Source: Cyanophora paradoxa CCMP329
Lineage: Eukaryota > Plantae > Glaucophyta
Assembly (NCBI GenBank): GCA_004431415.1
Contig: QPMI01000113.1
Span: 124,001 to 188,000 of the forward strand
Length of the DNA: 64,000 nucleotides
Direction: 5' to 3'
Positions 37,444 to 48,694 of this stretch are shown here, in pieces; position 1 is the first letter of the stretch; each line of letters opens with the position of its first letter. The notes beneath the pieces were generated by a model that was given only the letters and a program-made list of their open reading frames with translations, searched no databases and had not been told where the DNA came from. The translations under genes were made by a program, and so were the position numbers.

Positions 37444-39500
37444 CTAGCCCCGCCTGCCCCCCGGCGGGGCCCGCGGTTCTGCCCGCGGCCACCCCTGCAG
37501 CCGCCCCGCCCTGCCGGGTTGGAGCCCGGTGCCGCGCTGCCTGCCCCCGCCGCCGCCGCGGCGAGGGGATCGTTCTCCGCCGCCGCGGTTGCGGCTGGCT
37601 GCGCCGACGCCGGGTCCGGCTGCGCGACGTCGACCGTTGGCTGCCAGCCCCGGCCTGGGCAATCTGCATTCCGATGCGCAAAATGGGCGAGGAGGCGGTG
37701 GCGCTTGCATCCCACCAGGTTCTTGCGGAAGCGCCGGCGCGCCGCGAGGTCCTCCGGCGGCCGCACCCGCCAGAGCGTGCCCTCGCGCGCCGGGTCGCCA
37801 ATGCTCACCGAGTACTTGAGCGTCTCGTACTTCGGGTGACCCGTTCCGGCTGCCGCCGGGCTCATCGCCGCCTCCCAGGCAGCGGCCTTGTCTTCATGGA
37901 CAAGGACCTGGAGGACCTCGGCTGGCGGCGTCGTTTTGCCGACGTCGTACGTGCAGAAGTTGTAGATCAGCGCCACTTCTCGGTCGTCCTGCGCCACGCT
38001 CTTGAGGATCTCCGAGAGCTGTGAAAACCGTCAGTCCTTTTGATAAAGGAGTGCTTCTTGCGCCAGTTTGCGTTACACGTACCGGTAGCGCTGCCGTATC
38101 TTGGTGTACGGTCAGGGTGAACTGTGCGCACTTGTGGAGCGGCGGCGCAGCGTCGACGGGGCTCATGGTGATTGGGCATGTCTGGAACTGAAGTTTGCGA
38201 GCCTTGCTGAGCTCCAGCAGTCTGTCACAGCGTAAGTACTCGTTCACTTCCGCTCGCGAGGCGGGCCGCACGCACTTCTCAGCCAGTTTGGCGTTGTGGA
38301 TGGTGACGACGATCCGTGGTGGTTCGAGCATCAGCATCTTGTCCCGCACCGCGCTTGGCGTTCCCGCAAAGCCAAGGACCTTGAATCCGAGGCACTGTGC
38401 ATCAACCTGCGCTCCAGGAGCCACGGTCAGCTGCTGGTGGCGGCGGTCATGGTCCGGTCCAGGTCTGGGAACCTTCTCGCTCGGCAGCGGGACGTAGTTC
38501 TTATCCGTCGATACTTCACGTTCGACGGTACGCAGGAGCTCGCGGATGACGTAACGGACGGCGTCGTGCGTGCGCTCTGAGAAGTTGCCGTCGGGGCGGA
38601 ACGGGATCGTGCTTCCGAAAACCGGCGCGCCGTCCATCACCAGCATCGGCGCATTCGCCTTGTCATCAATGAAGATCCGTGCTTGCGGGTTCAGCTGCGC
38701 CCAATCAGTCGACGTCCGGAGAGCGTCTCTTCAGTTTGAGTCCGCCGCGCACCTGAACTGGCGGGCCAATGTAGTAGGTGTTCTTCGCTACTAGTTGTGC
38801 GGTGCCCGTGGTCACTCGCAGTTTGGCGACGGTCGCCTTTGCCCACTGCGACCACCGGGATCAAATGGGGTGGTCGTGTTTGACCCTGCTCACTGGGGGC
38901 ACGCACCCGGCTAGCCGCGGCGTAATTGATGTTCTCCATGACGTCTTCTGGCGCCATGACTCCGATGCAGCCCTTGTACGGGTAGTCTTCGCGGACTCCG
39001 CCGTGCGCGATGTTCCGTTTGGAGATTTCCTGCGTCCCCTCCGTCAGCTGGCCGCAAACGAGCATATGATGTGTACATAAGCGTGTACTCACGTCAAGGA
39101 TCATGGCCCGTCGTTCGCCAATCGGGGCCACGCTCGGCCCGTTGGGGCTGAGCGTCTGGTTCACGTACTTGACCGGGACGAGCTGCAACGGAGTGAAGTA
39201 GACTGCAACGGACTGTGCTGGGGGACGGAGCTCCTCCAGTCCGATTTGCCGATGGCGTTCCGCGGCCGGCGAGCCGTCGCCGGCCTGCGGGTTGGGCGGG
39301 ATCTGGGACTTGCTTGACGAGGCCCGTAGGCAGTTCTTCTTCTTCCGCGCCTCCATCGAAGTCGATGAGATCTTCGTCGAAGGGTTCTTCGCCTCCGCCG
39401 TCTGCGGGCGCCCGGCCGCCGGCCGCGGGTCGTCCCCTTCTCCACCTTGGCGCGGATCCATCGGATCCGCGTTGTGTAGGTCACCGTTAGCGTCAGCCAT
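37444..39500 (-). CDS. Five-intron gene, candidate LINE ORF1 (Cys/His knuckle-like motif and RGG tail)
   Basis: GT-AG introns at 39030-39092, 38846-38906, 38695-38752, 38407-38472 and 38019-38082 join the separate ORFs into one frame. C-terminus has CKRH…HRNADC and GRGGCRGGRG. Confidence 0.65.
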
Positions 39501-40344
39501 ATGGCCGTTCGCCTACAGATCTGCGCGTGCACGCGTCCGTTAGACGGGCGCCGTGTGAAAGTGACGGCCTGAGCGCGGCCTCGGTCTTCCGCGTCCTGGG
39601 GAGGACAGGCGTGTTTACGAACTGCGGACAGGGGGTCCTGGGCAGCAGCGATGGGCTTGCGCAATGCGCAGCAGTGCAGGCTCTTGCGAGCAGATTGCTG
39701 GGACGCCTCGGCCCGAGGGTCGGAAAGCACTTACCAACGCAACTATCGTCCTACGCTAGCCGTAGAACGCGTTGCTGCGCTGTTCCCGTGCTCCCGCGCT
39801 CTTTTCGGGGGTACGGGGAGGTGTGTCTGAGTGCGCGCGTGACCGCCGCACGACGCCTCGGAGCGACAGGCAAATTTGAATCTCGTCCCTGCAGCTGCAG
39901 CTGCCAAACGATCCCAACGAGTGGGGCGGTCCACTCGCAGCAGTCCGTTTACGGCATATGCCGTCAGTCCTATTACGGCTTATGCCGTCATGTTGCTTTG
40001 GGAACCTCGGCGGCCCCCTGTTCGAATCAGACCCATAGCGGTCTCGCAGTTCCCCACGGCCGCACGAACGCGTGCGCACGCCTGAACATGAGCCCTCACA
40101 CGTGTACGCGTGCTACTTGCTCGCTGAACGCTCTTACGCAGCGGAGACAGGCGCCGGCACATCGATATCCACGTCGACGCTTACGGTCGTGTCCCTGTGC
40201 ATACTTACATGGGAATAACGTTAATGCTCACAGCCTAGACACATGTGCATGCGCAGTGCATGGTGCTCCTATAGCTACGCTTGATCGCCGCAGCCGACAG
40301 CTGCAGCGGCCAGCCGAGCCCGGGGCACGGCATGCACCACTAGA

Positions 40345-42765
40345 ATGATGAACAAAAGGAAAAGGAATGAGAGCAAGATAGAAAAACAGAAACCGCCGCC
40401 GAGGGCGCAGGCAGGGCCCTCGCGGAGGGCGCCAGCTGCAGCCCAGACCCTTAGACTACAGGATATCTTCCCCCTCGCGACGTTCCCCGAGGGCGGGGAC
40501 ACCATCGGAATGGCGCCGACAATCGAGAAAAAGAAACCTGAAGGAGTTCTACGGGCCATGACATTTAATGCGAGAGGCTCCAGCGAATCCAAGCTGCAAC
40601 AGACCGAAGACTTCTGCCGGCGGTGGGGGATAGACTTCGCTGGGCTGCAAGAGATCTCTATGTCAAAAGGAGACATCGCAGCCGCGCTCCGCTCGCCCGG
40701 CATGGGCGACCTGCCCGAGGGAGCCATCACCTACGGAAAGATCCTCTGCACGACGAAATCAACCCGGTGGCACGGCCGCCGGGCAACGGAGCCGCTCTCT
40801 GGGTGGCGCCGCAATGGGTCAAGCACCTAACGAAGAAATACGAGGTGCCGGGCCGGATGATCGGGTTCGAGCTCCGGTTCAAAGAGAACCGCCAGCTGTT
40901 CGTCGTAAGCATCTACATGCCCGCGTCGGAAGCGACAGACGAACACCGGCGGGACCAAGACAGAATCCTGCAGGAACTTGAGAAACTGATCGCTGATTTC
41001 AGCACGCGGCCGAACGCGCACCTCCTGCTGCTAGGAGACTGGAACTCGGTGGCGGTCCCGGAACTGTCCCGCGTCCGAAACGGGGCCCCCGTTCCCAGCC
41101 GAACGCCAGAACGAAAGTGGTGGAACACGATGATCGACACGTGGGATCTGCGCGACGCAGCGATCACGCACTCTGCCGCGCACGACAGCGGCGAATGGAG
41201 CGCGGCGCGGGAAGTGACACACAGGACGCACCTTCCGAGAAGCGGAGACGATACCGGCCGCGGCGCTAGCGGCTCACAAGACGACGACGCCGCTCCGACC
41301 GACCTGCCGCAGGACGCCGTCTGGCACGCGGCACGCATCGACGCGGTCCTGGTGTCAGAGTCACTTGACAAGGCGCTCCTGAACGCGCACACCTGCCCGG
41401 CACACGTCGATGCGCCTCACGACTCGGACCACTTCCCGGTGCTCGCGGACTTCTCGCTGGAGGCCGCGGGCCTGAAGGCTCCGACGGGACCGGGACCGCC
41501 GGTCTTCGACCCGGACTCCCGCAAGCTGACGGACGAGGAGAAAGATGAGTTGAAAAGAGACCTCAACAAACGCATCGGCGAAGTGCTGGGCCCAGACCTT
41601 GAGGCGGTCGGGAGCGGCACCCGAGAAGAGCGCCTCGAGCGCCTCGCCCGCATCCACACTGAAAGCGCGCGGCTAGTTCAGAAAGTGGCGAAGGACCACA
41701 AAGCCATGAAGAGCAGGGGCTCGCACCCGACCAAGCCGCGCAATCTGCCATGGCAGGCGAAAGCGGACTCCAAGCTTGGACGGGTTTGGGCCGCATGGAT
41801 GCAGGAACCGAGCGGAATCCCGTCGCTAAGAACGATCGACAAGATAGAGAAGCTCCAGAAGTTCGTGACAAGACAGGAGGGCGCGCGGCCCTTCCCGCTG
41901 CGGCCTACGGAACGGAGGCAAGCGGCAGCTAACGCTGGCGAGGCGACTGCACCAGCGCCTGCCTCGGACCCTAACTCGCCGGACCAGCGCCCGGACCCCA
42001 CTGTACCCCCCCAGCCCCTCGACGCACGCGACGGGCATACGAAGCGCGCGCACGCAACTGAAAGAAGACTGGGCATCTTTCTTCAGGGAACTGAAAACCT
42101 GGCGGAACCGCACCAGGCACGACCTGCAGAAACTGCGGCGGCAAGACAAAGCAGCAGACATTTCCAGGGCCGTAAAGAACCGGCTAGCCGACTTCATGGA
42201 CGGCCGCCGCCTGGGGGCATACATAGCCTCTGTGCTCGAGAAGCCTAAGAGCCGGCCGATAATGCACATCACCCGCCGCTCGCAAGACGGAAAGACGTAC
42301 GAGATCTATATATATATACGGAACCGGCAGAAGTGAAGCGGCTCCTACGCGAACATTGGAAAACTTGGTGCCAAAGACGGCAACCCCGAGTGGGCTGTAC
42401 TGTCGGGGAGGTGCCGGATAGCGAGCTGAAAACAAAAAACGGAAAGCGCCTGCTTGACTTCTGGCAGAAAGAGTACAAGCCGCGCGGGAATCCGGCCCTC
42501 TTCGAGAACGATATGGCTGTGCCATCCGAAACCGAGCTAGGGGACTACATCAAAACGCTAGGCAACACGGCAGCGGGGCCTTCTTACCTCTCCTACGCTA
42601 TGGCAAAGTTCCTGTGGGCAAAGATCCCCAAGAAAAAGGAGAGGGCCCCCTCGGGAGACCAGGGCCGAGCCGGCGCCCCGCAGGCGGCGGAGGAGGAAGA
42701 AGAGGAGGAGCCGGAGCCCTGGGGCCGGAGGCTACTGCACTCGATGGTAGCGGAAACGATCCGTC
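40345..42765 (+). mobile_element. LINE ORF2, 5' part (AP endonuclease and linker), about three frameshifts
   Basis: APE motifs TFNARG, GLQE, SIYMP, LLGDWN, RIDAVL and SDHFPV. Confidence 0.9.
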
Positions 42766-43267
42766 TGTTGTATACAGAAGGAAGGTAGACGCGACACCTC
42801 CGCTTCGCTCCGGTGTCGACCTTCCATCTGTATTTAGTTACTTCTAACGATTTTGTTTCAGTTTTCTATAGATTTGCGATATTGAGGTGTAAACTGAGTA
42901 TTAACTGAGCTCTGAGCACGGCCCCCTTGCGTGCGGTCTGAAGCTATCTTAAACAGTTAATTCAGGTTCATGCTTAGCCCTGTAGCGGGTGATACTGTTG
43001 AGGAAGCTGCCCGAGCTCGTGACGATTATGCTTTAGCACACACGCCGGAGTCAGATAAACCATTTCTGAAACTGAACTTTCCTCCGGTAGTTTGAATCGA
43101 AACGGTTGAGGGGTTTCCGATTTATCTATTTTTTCGATTTTAGCACGGCCCCCCTGCGTGCGGTCTGAAGCTGAACCGTTTACGATTTCAGGAGATTAAC
43201 CTCCGAGTTTGCGTAAGGTCTGAGGCTATCTCGATTAGTTAATTCAGGTTCATGCTTAGTCGATTGC
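42766..43267 (+). repeat. Left TIR region of element 2
   Basis: 43140-43267 is the exact reverse complement of 59782-59909. 42913-42968 matches 59911-59966 imperfectly. The outer part is only patchily similar. Confidence 0.9.
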
Positions 43268-43544
43268 TACAACTAGTTCTGATCCGTGGTTTTAGCTACT
43301 TTCAAGGGAGAATCGACGAAGTTCTGGGTTAATGCCACAGAATGGGAAATCCCAGTAAATGAAATAAAATCGAGTAATGGTGTAACGTGGTGTAACGGTG
43401 AAAGTGTTCTTGTTTTCTGTTTTTTTTTCAAACGTAACTAATAAATGCGCTTTAAAGGAAAAGCGATCTCTAATAATAGGAAACAAACAAAGATTGTGCG
43501 CGTTGAAATTCGAAATTAAAATCTGATCCCTATTTTAACCGAAA

Positions 43545-46500
43545 ATGGAACGTGAATTGCTGCGAGCTGAGATCCGAGCCGTGGCTCAGAATCTATATGA
43601 ACGTGGCTATTTGCATAAGGCATTTTGGGGTTCGTTGATCAGGGAAACACACGATGGAACGCAAGTGCCCACATTGAGATCGGATTTGGCGATTTTGCTT
43701 CGTTTAAGTGCCACGAATCCACCAGCACGAAAGCTGGGAAGGCCAGGAGTAGCGGGGCATTTTGCACGAGAGCAGGAGGCACGTCTAGTTGCAGAGGGAG
43801 CAAATGAGCAGTTCGAGGGAATTCCAGAACTATTCCAGGAGCCCGAGAATCAAGTAGGCGAATTCGACGAGATATTAGCTGAAATCGCACGTCATTATAC
43901 ACATCGCGCATATCCAGGACTGCGATTTACGAAGGACACATTGGATATAGAGCCGACGACATCGCAGGATAGGGTCAAAGAATTGACGCTAGCTTTTCTG
44001 CAGGAGCTTCGTGTTCCCGAGAGGATTGGCTCGAGTATCATTGTGCGCTTCCGATTCACGCAAATGCAAATGTACCGGACGCAACTCGTAACAATTGAAG
44101 ATAACACGATGCAGACGTTACTTGCTAATATCGGAGAGAAGATGGAAAGATGGATGTTCGACCAACAGCCGTATGAGAGCGGTGATATCTGGGAAGTCGG
44201 GCAAATCGAAGTTTTAATTGCCGAAAATGCAGCTGGTGCTTTAGGAAACGTCCCGAAGTTGCCGTTTGGTGGGAAGGCTTTGACGATGAACAAAATCTAC
44301 TGTCCTATATCCGCCGAAGACAATTGCGTGCTTGAGTGTTTTGAATACGTTAAACTGGACCCCGGGCGTTTGGGATTGGATAGAATTTACAAGAAGCTTC
44401 AGAGAGTCGATTACAATTCAATTCGGGCTCGGCTCAGATTATCAAAAGGAATGATATCGATTGACGTAGCTACGATTAAGAACCTAAGTTCTCACTACAG
44501 GATCGACGCAAGTGTTTTTGAGTGGAAGGAAAATAAATTCGCCCTGCTATTTGGAACCGAGAATGGGTACACAAAACGTGCGTATCTGTGTGCTGTCGAC
44601 GCTCACTGTTATCTAATTAAAGACCCCAGAACCTGCGATATGGAGAAATGCAGAGCCTGTGGAAGGATGCAGCACGAGATCGCGAAGCACAAAGAGACGT
44701 GTAAATTTTGCTTCAAATGTCGGTGTGCTTATAATCCAAACGAGGATCACTCGACTAAATGTTCTGAATCGATTCGTAACAAGAGCGTGATCGAGAGGAA
44801 GATCAAGCAGTGTGAACCCGAAACCGTTTTTACAGCTCTCAGGAGTGTTTTAGCTGCTGATTTCGAAACGTTTGCTTCAAATGGAAAAAGCCACGTTCCA
44901 TATGCAGTTGGTGTGGATATTGTTAGAGAAGGCGAAATCATAGGGACGAATGAATTTTCAGGAGAACAGACGTTGAACCAGTTTATGCAGTGGCTTGACA
45001 ACTGGAAAGATAAAACGACGCTGGTATTTTTCAATGGCTCTGGATTCGATTTGATATTTATATATCGCTGGCTCGTTGAGAATCGTCCGGACAGCAAGGT
45101 GACTGTTATGCGATCTTCGGGAAAGATCAAGAGTATGAAATGGAAGACGTTAGCAGGTGGTGAGTTTACTAGTTTCGACCCGTGTTTGCACATACAGAGC
45201 TCATTGAAGCAAGCCGTCAAAGACTATGAATGCACAACGCAGAAGGGGGACTTTGATCACAAATTGATAAAAACCTGGGATGACGTGGAAAGACATCGTG
45301 AGTCCTGGAGTGAGTATCTTCGAGCTGACGTGCGTTCATTGACAGAGCTATATATGAGTTATGCAAGAACGTGCTTTGAGATGTTTAGCATTAATGTGAA
45401 TTCACAAAAGACACTCACAGCAAGTGCGATGGCATTTCAGATTCACAGGCAGTTGATGAAGGCTGACGTTCATTTGCCGAAATATAAAGAGGATCAGGTC
45501 TTCCGTCAGGCAATTTACGGGGGCCGCTGCTTGCCATTCAAGCGTAAATTCAAATCGAAGGGACCTGACGATTATTTGGTGGATCTAGATGTCGTTAGTT
45601 TATATCCGACTGCAATGTATGAGAACTATTTTCCGACGGGTAAATTTCAACATATAATAGATACGGCTAAACTAGAGCGATTCAGGACACTGATGCTGGG
45701 CCGTAAGATGGAGCAGCTATTTATTGCCCGGATCAGTGGAAACATCCCGCAGGATTTGACGCTGAGTCCACTTCCACGACACGAGTCGAATTTGGGCTGG
45801 TCAAACCTGAAACCAATCGAAAAAGAAATGTACACGTCGGTGGATTTATACAGGGCTTTAGCGTTGGGGTTTGAGATCACAGAAGTTCACGAAGTTTACC
45901 TATTTGAGGGTAAGGACCGAATGTTTAAAGATTATATTGAGAAGCTCTATTGTTTGAAAGCCCGTTCAAGGAAAGGTACGGCTCAGTATGCTACGTCTAA
46001 GATTCTACTGAATGGGCTTTACGGTAAGTTTGCACAGCGTCCAGTAATCGAAACGACGGAACTTGTATCAGACTACAAACGTTTCAAGGAAATACAGAGG
46101 GCATCGACAATTACAGATATTGATATAGAGAGCGATACCAGGATGTATGTGACGTATGAGATTCCCGAAAACAGGCGTGACTTTTGTGTATCAAAACCCT
46201 GCTTCGTAGGAGCATTTATATTGAGCTATAGCCGTGAGATTATGGACCGGGTTTTAATTAAAATGAACTCGTACAGGGATCCCGCTGCGATGCCGTGGTA
46301 TACAGATACAGATAGTATGATCGTGCATAGAAAGTATGCGGCTCTCTTGCAGGACTGTATGAAGCAGCCGTACTCTGTGGAAGGGTTGTCTGAAGAGGAA
46401 GCGAACAAGACGATTTGCGAAAAAGAACTAGGCAGACTTGACTATGATATCAAGGGTAAGATTGTGGAGGCGTATTTCGTCGGACCGAAAGTATACTGTT

Positions 46501-46877
46501 GCTATTTTATTCAAGCAAACGGGGAGGCAGATCTGCACGTCAGAGCGAAGGGAATTCCACAGAGCTGGGTAGAAGAGAACTGGTTACCAGACAAAGAGAA
46601 ACCGATGGAGAGGAAGGGGGCCCTCGAAAGTCGCGTTACCTTGGAAGCGTTTAGTAACATGCTCGAGCATCATTACCAGCCGAAGTGCACGGTCGAATCA
46701 AAACTTGCTCGGGTTTTTAAACCGAATACAAAGCAACGTCAAGCTGGTATCGAATTCAGCTCGATCATTCAAATACCGTTTTCCCGCATTCTAAACAAGA
46801 CCGAGTATACGAAGCGAAAGATAATACCGGATGAATATTATACGACGGTTCCTCATGAATACTGCGGAGCAGATTAA
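43545..46877 (+). CDS. Protein-primed family B DNA polymerase with intact exonuclease motifs
   Basis: ADFET, FNGSGFD, YLRADV, DVVSLYP, KILLNGLYGKF, YTDTDS, GPKVY, RAKG; long N-terminal region. Confidence 0.95.
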   Translation: MERELLRAEIRAVAQNLYERGYLHKAFWGSLIRETHDGTQVPTLRSDLAILLRLSATNPPARKLGRPGVAGHFAREQEARLVAEGANEQFEGIPELFQEPENQVGEFDEILAEIARHYTHRAYPGLRFTKDTLDIEPTTSQDRVKELTLAFLQELRVPERIGSSIIVRFRFTQMQMYRTQLVTIEDNTMQTLLANIGEKMERWMFDQQPYESGDIWEVGQIEVLIAENAAGALGNVPKLPFGGKALTMNKIYCPISAEDNCVLECFEYVKLDPGRLGLDRIYKKLQRVDYNSIRARLRLSKGMISIDVATIKNLSSHYRIDASVFEWKENKFALLFGTENGYTKRAYLCAVDAHCYLIKDPRTCDMEKCRACGRMQHEIAKHKETCKFCFKCRCAYNPNEDHSTKCSESIRNKSVIERKIKQCEPETVFTALRSVLAADFETFASNGKSHVPYAVGVDIVREGEIIGTNEFSGEQTLNQFMQWLDNWKDKTTLVFFNGSGFDLIFIYRWLVENRPDSKVTVMRSSGKIKSMKWKTLAGGEFTSFDPCLHIQSSLKQAVKDYECTTQKGDFDHKLIKTWDDVERHRESWSEYLRADVRSLTELYMSYARTCFEMFSINVNSQKTLTASAMAFQIHRQLMKADVHLPKYKEDQVFRQAIYGGRCLPFKRKFKSKGPDDYLVDLDVVSLYPTAMYENYFPTGKFQHIIDTAKLERFRTLMLGRKMEQLFIARISGNIPQDLTLSPLPRHESNLGWSNLKPIEKEMYTSVDLYRALALGFEITEVHEVYLFEGKDRMFKDYIEKLYCLKARSRKGTAQYATSKILLNGLYGKFAQRPVIETTELVSDYKRFKEIQRASTITDIDIESDTRMYVTYEIPENRRDFCVSKPCFVGAFILSYSREIMDRVLIKMNSYRDPAAMPWYTDTDSMIVHRKYAALLQDCMKQPYSVEGLSEEEANKTICEKELGRLDYDIKGKIVEAYFVGPKVYCCYFIQANGEADLHVRAKGIPQSWVEENWLPDKEKPMERKGALESRVTLEAFSNMLEHHYQPKCTVESKLARVFKPNTKQRQAGIEFSSIIQIPFSRILNKTEYTKRKIIPDEYYTTVPHEYCGAD

Positions 46878-47979
46878 GCAAGCTTATTACGATCCGGAGA
46901 AGGGTTTACAGTCAGCGAACAAGCTAGCGAAACGTCTAAATTTGCCCCTAGCTCGGGTCCAGGAGGTTTTGCAGAAGCTAAGTACGGCGCAGCGGTTCGC
47001 GAAACCGGAGAAGGAGACCCCAATGACTAGTGTGACTTACGACGAGGCCGAGAAGTTTTATCAGCTCGATTTGATCGACGTGAGCGCCTATGCTAGAAAA
47101 AACAAAGGCGTCCACTTTATTATGAACGCTGTAGACGTGGTTACTCGCAGAGCCTATAGCGTCCCAATGAAAACGAAAACAGAGGGAGCTATACTGAAAG
47201 CGTTGCAGAATATAATCGATGAAATGCCGTCAAAACCAGATATCATACAAACAGATAACGAATTCAAGGCTACGACGACATATCTATTAAAGCAGCAGGG
47301 CATTATTCACAATACAGGGGATCCTCGGAGACCGCAGGCAAATGGTAAAATTGAACGATTTAACGGGACTTTGAAACGAATAATCGGCAAATATATGGAG
47401 GCATTTGATACGGATCGATACATTGACGAGCTACCGAAATTTTTGAAGAATTACAATAGTTCGGACCATCGTGTGATTGGGATGACGCCCGATGATGCTG
47501 CCGAGCACCCGGCAAAGGCGTTAGCTCAAGGCGATTTGCAGCGGGAAACCTACGAGCAAGCACATTATGTCAAGGAAGCCTCATTCAAAATCGGAGACCG
47601 TGTACGAGTTAAACTATCGAAATCCACGTTTGATAAATCAAATAAACCGAACTACTCGGCGGCGATTTATACGATCGAATCGATTGGAGGTTACGGTCCA
47701 CTTTTGAAGTTCACGTTGACTGGTTATGAGGGTCCACCAGTGACGTATCAAAAATTGCTGAAGGTTTCCGCAAGTTCGGAGATTCGACGACCTGGGCAAG
47801 CTATGGGCAGAGCATTGGCAAAACGAAAGCAGGCTCTAAACCTAATGCACGAGAACCTCGACAAAGCCCAGTTTCAAAAAGAAAAGAAACTAGCACGTCT
47901 GCAGAATCAGTTGCTAGTGAGCGGGACGAGTGCGCTAGCTCGGGGAGCAAACACACGGCTCAGGCAGCGGGGACAGTGA
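46855..47979 (+). CDS. rve DDE integrase, Polinton type
   Basis: YQLDLID, VDVVTR, IQTDNEF, NGKIERFNGTLK, YNSSDHRVIGMTP, FKIGDRVR. Confidence 0.95.
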   Translation: MNTAEQIKQAYYDPEKGLQSANKLAKRLNLPLARVQEVLQKLSTAQRFAKPEKETPMTSVTYDEAEKFYQLDLIDVSAYARKNKGVHFIMNAVDVVTRRAYSVPMKTKTEGAILKALQNIIDEMPSKPDIIQTDNEFKATTTYLLKQQGIIHNTGDPRRPQANGKIERFNGTLKRIIGKYMEAFDTDRYIDELPKFLKNYNSSDHRVIGMTPDDAAEHPAKALAQGDLQRETYEQAHYVKEASFKIGDRVRVKLSKSTFDKSNKPNYSAAIYTIESIGGYGPLLKFTLTGYEGPPVTYQKLLKVSASSEIRRPGQAMGRALAKRKQALNLMHENLDKAQFQKEKKLARLQNQLLVSGTSALARGANTRLRQRGQ

Positions 47980-48271
47980 TTCCAGCAGTCTTCAACGTTG
48001 ATTCAAGGACAGCAATTCGGTTCATTATACGAGAGTGATATTTTTTCGATGCTTCATAATGCTTCTCTTTATGGGCTGATTGATATTTGCTGCTGTGCTC
48101 AATGTGTCTTTTGCGGTATTCAGGGTCAGAGGAATATCTCCGTCGATGATACTCTGCTTTCTTAGCACGTCTCATTGCGAGAATCTCTGGTGTCACTTCG
48201 ATAGGCTTACGGCCAGGTTTACGTTTCGTTTGTTTCACGGCGGTTTCAATGTTAGCGTAACTGCCTTCCAT
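47960..48271 (-). CDS. Small basic, probably DNA-binding protein
   Basis: KRKPGRKP (AT-hook-like) followed by a K/R/Y-rich helix. Confidence 0.55.
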   Translation of the reverse strand: MEGSYANIETAVKQTKRKPGRKPIEVTPEILAMRRAKKAEYHRRRYSSDPEYRKRHIEHSSKYQSAHKEKHYEASKKYHSRIMNRIAVLESTLKTAGITVPAA

Positions 48272-48358
48272 GTTCCTCTCAATATATAGAATCGCATTTT
48301 ATTTAAATAGAAAAATCGCGCCAAATCCCATGATTTATAATCTTTCTTTAGTTTTAAA

Positions 48359-48673
48359 ATGGAAACCACCTCTGAGCGACGAAGCATCCCCACGATTCGA
48401 TTTGGCAAATATAAGGGAATGACTCATCTAGAGATAACATACCAAGATCTTGATTATGCGAAATACTTGACGGGATGGAAGGACTTACGAGAGTACGATC
48501 GCAAACAATTCGAGAAATCTATTGAACTATTAAGGAACACATCCCGCGACACCGTGAGAGTTCAAGTAGAAAAAGAGAGGGCGATTAGGATAGAGCAAGC
48601 AAAACGTGTGGATTACAAACCTGAGATCTACGACCCGATTGATGATTTGCCGGACTTCCCACCTGCTGCTTAA
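48359..48673 (+). CDS. Small protein with an FGKYKG motif (DUF3820 / exonuclease X C-terminal-like)
   Basis: IRFGKYKGMT…DLDYAKYL. Confidence 0.6.
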   Translation: METTSERRSIPTIRFGKYKGMTHLEITYQDLDYAKYLTGWKDLREYDRKQFEKSIELLRNTSRDTVRVQVEKERAIRIEQAKRVDYKPEIYDPIDDLPDFPPAA

Positions 48674-48694
48674 GTTTGATATAAAGAAATCGCG

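Noticed and set aside
42758-42766. 8-bp TSD reading (ATCCGTCT) for element 2
   Set aside because: Sequence-equivalent, but TG…CA ends with a 6-bp TSD fit rve integrase chemistry better.
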